NCBI GenBank assembly: GCA_036279935.1
Contig: DASURS010000253.1
Span: 95 to 64,094 of the forward strand
Length of the DNA: 64,000 nucleotides
Direction of reading: 5' to 3'
From: Pyrinomonadaceae bacterium
GTDB lineage: Bacteria > Acidobacteriota > Blastocatellia > Pyrinomonadales > Pyrinomonadaceae
Below, piece by piece: positions 60,066-64,000 of this stretch. Every line of letters begins with the position of its first letter. Positions within the stretch are counted from its first letter, which is position 1. Below the pieces are notes generated by a model, which saw only the letters and a list, made by a program, of their open reading frames with translations, was not told the origin of the DNA and searched no databases. The position numbers and the translations under genes are program-made.

Positions 60066-63000
60066 ATGAGCGATAGCGATCGTCACATTAACTTCAAACT
60101 GATGCGCGATCACATCCTGTCTTTGCAGGATCGGGATCAAGAGACGCCGCGCACGGGCAAGAAGTACTGGCGCAGTCTGGAAGAACTGGCTGACACGCCT
60201 GAGTTTCGCGAGTTTGTCGTGCGCGAGTTTCCGCAACAAGCCGAGGGCTGGAACGATCCGCTCGAGCGCCGGACGTTCATGAAGTTGATGGGCGCGTCGC
60301 TCGCGCTCGCGGGACTGAGTGGTTGTGTATTTCAGCCGCCGGAGAAGATCGTTCCGTATGTCAATCAACCGGAAAACTACGTTCCTGGTAAGCCGCTTTT
60401 CTTCGCGAGCGCGATGCCGTTGCTGGGAGTAGCGACGCCGATTCTCGTGCGCAGCAACGAAGGCCGGCCGACGAAGATCGAAGGCAATCCGGACCACCCG
60501 AACAATCGCCCAACTGATTTTCCCCCTGAAGATCCGCTGCGAGATCCGCGTGGATCGAGTGCGACGGATATCTTCTCGCAAGCCGCGATTCTGGGTCTTT
60601 ACGATCCGGATCGATCGCAGACGATCACCTATCGCGAAGACATCCGGACGTGGACTGCGTTTGTCGGCGCGATGAGAGGCGTGCTCGACGAGCAGCGCGG
60701 GAAACAAGGCGCCGGCATTCGTTTTCTGACTGAAACGATCATTTCGCCGTCGCTCGGCGCGCAGATCAACGACCTGCTGCGCGCGCTGCCGCAGGCGAAG
60801 TGGCATCAGTGGGAACCGGCAAACGGGGACAACCGTCGCGCCGGCGCCGTCACTGCGTTTGGCCAACCGGTAAATACGACGTATCGCTTCGATCTCGCGC
60901 AGCGAGTGCTCTCGATCGATTGCGACTTCCTTTCGGGAATGCCCGGAACGCTCCGTTACGCGCGCGACTTCTACGCGCGGCGTCGAGTCACCGAAGCAAA
61001 CCGCGACATGAACCGGCTCTACGTGATCGAGCCGACGCCGTCGAATACAGGCGCGAGCGCCGACCACGCGTGGACCGTGAAGCCCAGCGACATCGAAGCG
61101 CTGGCGCGAGCGCTTGCCGGTCAGGGTTCGTCACCTGCGCCATGGGTCGACGCGATTCGTCGCGACCTGGACCAGCACAAGGGCGCGAGCATCGTCCTCG
61201 TCGGCGAAAACCAGCCGCCGTACATTCACGCGCTGGGCCACGCGATGAACAGTGCGCTCGGCAATGTCGGCAAGACTGTTTTCTACACCGATCCGCTCGA
61301 AGTCAATCCAGTCGATCAGCGACAGTCGTTACAGGATCTGGTCAACGATCTCGAGGGCGGTCGCGTCGATCTGCTGGTCATCATCGGCGGCAATCCGGTC
61401 CACAACACGCCCGTCGATCTCAAGCTCGATTATCCGCGAATAGCGAAGGCGAAACTTCGCGTCCACCTGAGCGAATACAAAGACGAGACGACCGAGGTTT
61501 GTCACTGGCACGTGCCGGCCGCGCATTTCCTTGAGACATGGGGCGACACGCGTTCTTACGACGGAACGATCACGATCATGCAGCCGCTGATTGAGCCGCT
61601 CCACGAAGGCAAGTCGGCGTACGAATTGCTCGCGCTGTTTTCGGATCAATACGACCGCCGGCCGTACGACATCGTGAAGTCGTACTGGCAAACACAAAAA
61701 CCGGGCGCGGATTTCGAAAACTTCTGGCGGCAGACAATTCATGATGGTTTCATGGCCGATTCCGCGTTGGCCGCGAAGACCGTTTCCGTTTCCGGTCAGA
61801 TCCAACCGCCACCGGCCACGCCCGCGCCTGCCGACGGATTCGAGCTCATATTTCGCACCGACCCGTCGATCTACGACGGCCGCTTCGCGAACAACGGCTG
61901 GTTACAGGAACTGCCGAAACCGTTGACGAAAGTCACGTGGGACAACGTTGCGATCGTCAGTCCAAACTCCGCGCAGCAGATTGCCGGCACGAGGACCAAC
62001 CGCGGCGCTACCAAAGGACGCGAACACTACGTTCCGCAGATCGAGATCAAGACGCAGCAGGGCCAGTCGGTAACTGCGCCTATGTGGATCATGCCCGGAC
62101 AGCCGGACGGCGTGATCACGGTCCATGTCGGTTACGGCCGCCGTCTTGCGGGCCGCGTCGGCGGCGGTACGCCGGACCAGCTCGTCGGTTTCGACGCTTA
62201 CCAGCTCCGCAGTTCGTGGGAGCCGTGGTTCACGAGAGGCGTGCGCGTCACCAATACCGGCCTCGATTACGCGCTTGCCACCACGCAGCTCCATTTCACG
62301 ATGGAGGACCCGAACTTTAGCGGCGAGCCGCGCGACATCGTTCGCCAGCACACGCTCGAGCAGTTTCTCGGCGGCGAAAGGCACGAAGAGAAGCACGAGC
62401 ACCCGTCGATCTATCCGCCGGAGTACAACTACAAGAACCAGGCTGAGAACGCGCCGAATTACGCGTGGGGCATGGCGCTCGACCTGAACAACTGCATCGG
62501 CTGCAACGCCTGCACGATCGCATGCCAGGCGGAGAACAACATCCCCGTCGTCGGCAAGACCGAGGTGGTTCGCAGTCGCGAGATGCACTGGATTCGCGTC
62601 GACACGTATTTCCAGGGCGGCGATGCGAACCAGCCTGAAGGCACGACCTTCATGCCCGTGCCGTGCATGCACTGCGAGAACGCGCCGTGCGAGCCTGTTT
62701 GTCCGGTTCACGCGACGGTTCACAGCGCTGAAGGCCTCAACGACATGGTCTACAACCGCTGCGTCGGCACGAAGTATTGTTCCAACAACTGCCCGTACAA
62801 GGTCCGGCGCTTCAACTTCTTCCTGTATCAGGATTGGGACACACCGCTCTATCAGCTCATGCGCAATCCCGATGTGTCGGTGCGCAGCCGCGGCGTGATG
62901 GAGAAGTGTACTTACTGCGTGCAGCGCATTCAGAACGGAAAAATTCAGGCAGAGCTCGAAGGACGGCGGCTGCGCGACGGCGAGGTCGTGACCGCGTGCC

Positions 63001-63179
63001 AGGCTGTTTGTCCGACGGACGTGATCGTGTTTGGCGACATCAACGACCCGAACAGCCGCGTCGCGAAACTGAAAGAGAACGAACGCAACTACGATCTGCT
63101 CGGCGAGCTCAACACGAAACCGCGCACGAGTTACTTGTCGAGACTAAAGAACCCGAACCCGGAGATTAGTCGTGGCTGA
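60066..63179 (+). CDS. actB: Alternative Complex III subunit ActB (Tat-exported molybdopterin-oxidoreductase-like domain fused to a 4Fe-4S ferredoxin domain)
   Basis: Twin-arginine signal [21 protein letters not shown]. Large MopB-like N-terminal part. C-terminal Cys clusters [50 protein letters not shown]. Confidence 0.88.
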   Translation: MSDSDRHINFKLMRDHILSLQDRDQETPRTGKKYWRSLEELADTPEFREFVVREFPQQAEGWNDPLERRTFMKLMGASLALAGLSGCVFQPPEKIVPYVNQPENYVPGKPLFFASAMPLLGVATPILVRSNEGRPTKIEGNPDHPNNRPTDFPPEDPLRDPRGSSATDIFSQAAILGLYDPDRSQTITYREDIRTWTAFVGAMRGVLDEQRGKQGAGIRFLTETIISPSLGAQINDLLRALPQAKWHQWEPANGDNRRAGAVTAFGQPVNTTYRFDLAQRVLSIDCDFLSGMPGTLRYARDFYARRRVTEANRDMNRLYVIEPTPSNTGASADHAWTVKPSDIEALARALAGQGSSPAPWVDAIRRDLDQHKGASIVLVGENQPPYIHALGHAMNSALGNVGKTVFYTDPLEVNPVDQRQSLQDLVNDLEGGRVDLLVIIGGNPVHNTPVDLKLDYPRIAKAKLRVHLSEYKDETTEVCHWHVPAAHFLETWGDTRSYDGTITIMQPLIEPLHEGKSAYELLALFSDQYDRRPYDIVKSYWQTQKPGADFENFWRQTIHDGFMADSALAAKTVSVSGQIQPPPATPAPADGFELIFRTDPSIYDGRFANNGWLQELPKPLTKVTWDNVAIVSPNSAQQIAGTRTNRGATKGREHYVPQIEIKTQQGQSVTAPMWIMPGQPDGVITVHVGYGRRLAGRVGGGTPDQLVGFDAYQLRSSWEPWFTRGVRVTNTGLDYALATTQLHFTMEDPNFSGEPRDIVRQHTLEQFLGGERHEEKHEHPSIYPPEYNYKNQAENAPNYAWGMALDLNNCIGCNACTIACQAENNIPVVGKTEVVRSREMHWIRVDTYFQGGDANQPEGTTFMPVPCMHCENAPCEPVCPVHATVHSAEGLNDMVYNRCVGTKYCSNNCPYKVRRFNFFLYQDWDTPLYQLMRNPDVSVRSRGVMEKCTYCVQRIQNGKIQAELEGRRLRDGEVVTACQAVCPTDVIVFGDINDPNSRVAKLKENERNYDLLGELNTKPRTSYLSRLKNPNPEISRG

Positions 63180-64000
63180 GGCCGAAGAACCACAAAAGCC
63201 ATACATGGAAGGTCCGATGCACTCGACGACGCCGGTCATCGATCCGGGGATGACGTTTGCTTCCGTGACCGACAAGATCAGCTCGATCGTCTTAAAACGA
63301 AAGACGTCGCTGGCCTGGTTCTTCGGTTTCGCCGTCTCCTTCGCCCTGTTCCAACTGATGCTGCTGGCGATCACGAACCTCGTGTTCGTCGGTATCGGTG
63401 TTTGGGGCGTCAACGTTCCCGTCGCGTGGGGCATCGACATTCTTAACTTCGTCTGGTGGATCGGTATCGGCCACGCGGGCACGCTGATCTCGGCGATCCT
63501 GTTGCTCCTTCGTCAACGATGGCGCACGTCGATCAACCGCTTCGCCGAAGCGATGACGCTCTTCGCCGTCGCCCAGGCCGGCATGTATCCGATTTTCCAC
63601 CTTGGCCGCCCGTGGCTGATGTACTGGCTGTTCCCGTATCCGAACACGATGGGCATCTGGCCGCAGTTTCGCAGCCCGCTGATGTGGGACGTGTTCGCGG
63701 TATCGACCTACGCGACCGTGTCGGCGCTGTTCTGGTTCGTCGGTTTGATCCCTGACTTCGCGACGTTGCGCGATCGCGCCCGCAGCAAAGCGTTTCAGAT
63801 TCTTTACGGCATGCTCGCAATGGGCTGGCGCGGCTCCGCCCGTCACTGGCATCGCTATGAAATGGCGTACCTCTTGCTCGCCGGTCTCGCGACGCCGCTC
63901 GTGCTTTCAGTTCACACGATCGTCAGTTTCGACTTCGCCGTCGGCATCATTCCCGGCTGGCACGCAACGATCTTCCCGCCCTACTTCGTCGCTGGCGCCA
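63172..64000 (+). CDS. actC: Alternative Complex III subunit ActC (NrfD/PsrC-like membrane subunit), partial, continues beyond window end
   Basis: Own translation from GTG 63172 (alternative ATG 63205): ...[58 protein letters not shown]...FPPYFVAGA, an NrfD-family signature. Overlaps the actB stop by 8 nt. The frame is open to the window end. Confidence 0.85.
   Translation, partial: MAEAEEPQKPYMEGPMHSTTPVIDPGMTFASVTDKISSIVLKRKTSLAWFFGFAVSFALFQLMLLAITNLVFVGIGVWGVNVPVAWGIDILNFVWWIGIGHAGTLISAILLLLRQRWRTSINRFAEAMTLFAVAQAGMYPIFHLGRPWLMYWLFPYPNTMGIWPQFRSPLMWDVFAVSTYATVSALFWFVGLIPDFATLRDRARSKAFQILYGMLAMGWRGSARHWHRYEMAYLLLAGLATPLVLSVHTIVSFDFAVGIIPGWHATIFPPYFVAGA

Overview
GC-rich bacterial chromosomal segment. 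Gene content and style suggest an Acidobacteriota-like genome, but that is inference only. All product calls come from reading the translations and recognising motifs; no database search was run.

About 55 protein genes and one tRNA are supported.

- **1-11.6 kb:** purine genes (purN, purM, purF), a c-type cytochrome, a Zn-dehydrogenase, an HtrA protease, an aldehyde dehydrogenase and alanine dehydrogenase.
- **12.1-30.8 kb, minus strand:** an 18.7 kb polysaccharide (EPS/LPS-type) cluster. It holds two AsnB-like amidotransferases, a bi-domain oxidoreductase, four glycosyltransferases (one GT-C, one ArnC-like GT2), two methyltransferases, a Wzx-like flippase, a heparinase II/III-like protein, WecB and a nucleotide-sugar dehydrogenase.
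- **30.8-43.5 kb:** transporters, a 5'-nuclease-less family A DNA polymerase next to a DinB-family gene, queF, a rhomboid protease, and nadK-tlyA-dxs.
- **43.7-49 kb:** an M36 (fungalysin-type) secreted protease behind a textbook sigma54 promoter, tRNA-Ser(GCU), and gltX.
- **49-59 kb:** hutI, ybaB-recR and assorted housekeeping genes.
- **59.4 kb to the end:** start of an Alternative Complex III operon (actA, actB, actC).

No transposase, integrase, CRISPR array, restriction or toxin module was seen.

The most unusual structure is non-coding.

- **Intergenic hairpins.** Nearly every larger intergenic gap holds a long hairpin whose two arms are tandem 7-9 nt words. The word differs between loci. 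One family has the consensus TAR-CCACAAAAAGGCACAAAAG and starts with the stop codon of the flanking gene.
- **Candidate small RNA.** A unit with its own promoter and terminator lies at 48978-49229 on the minus strand.
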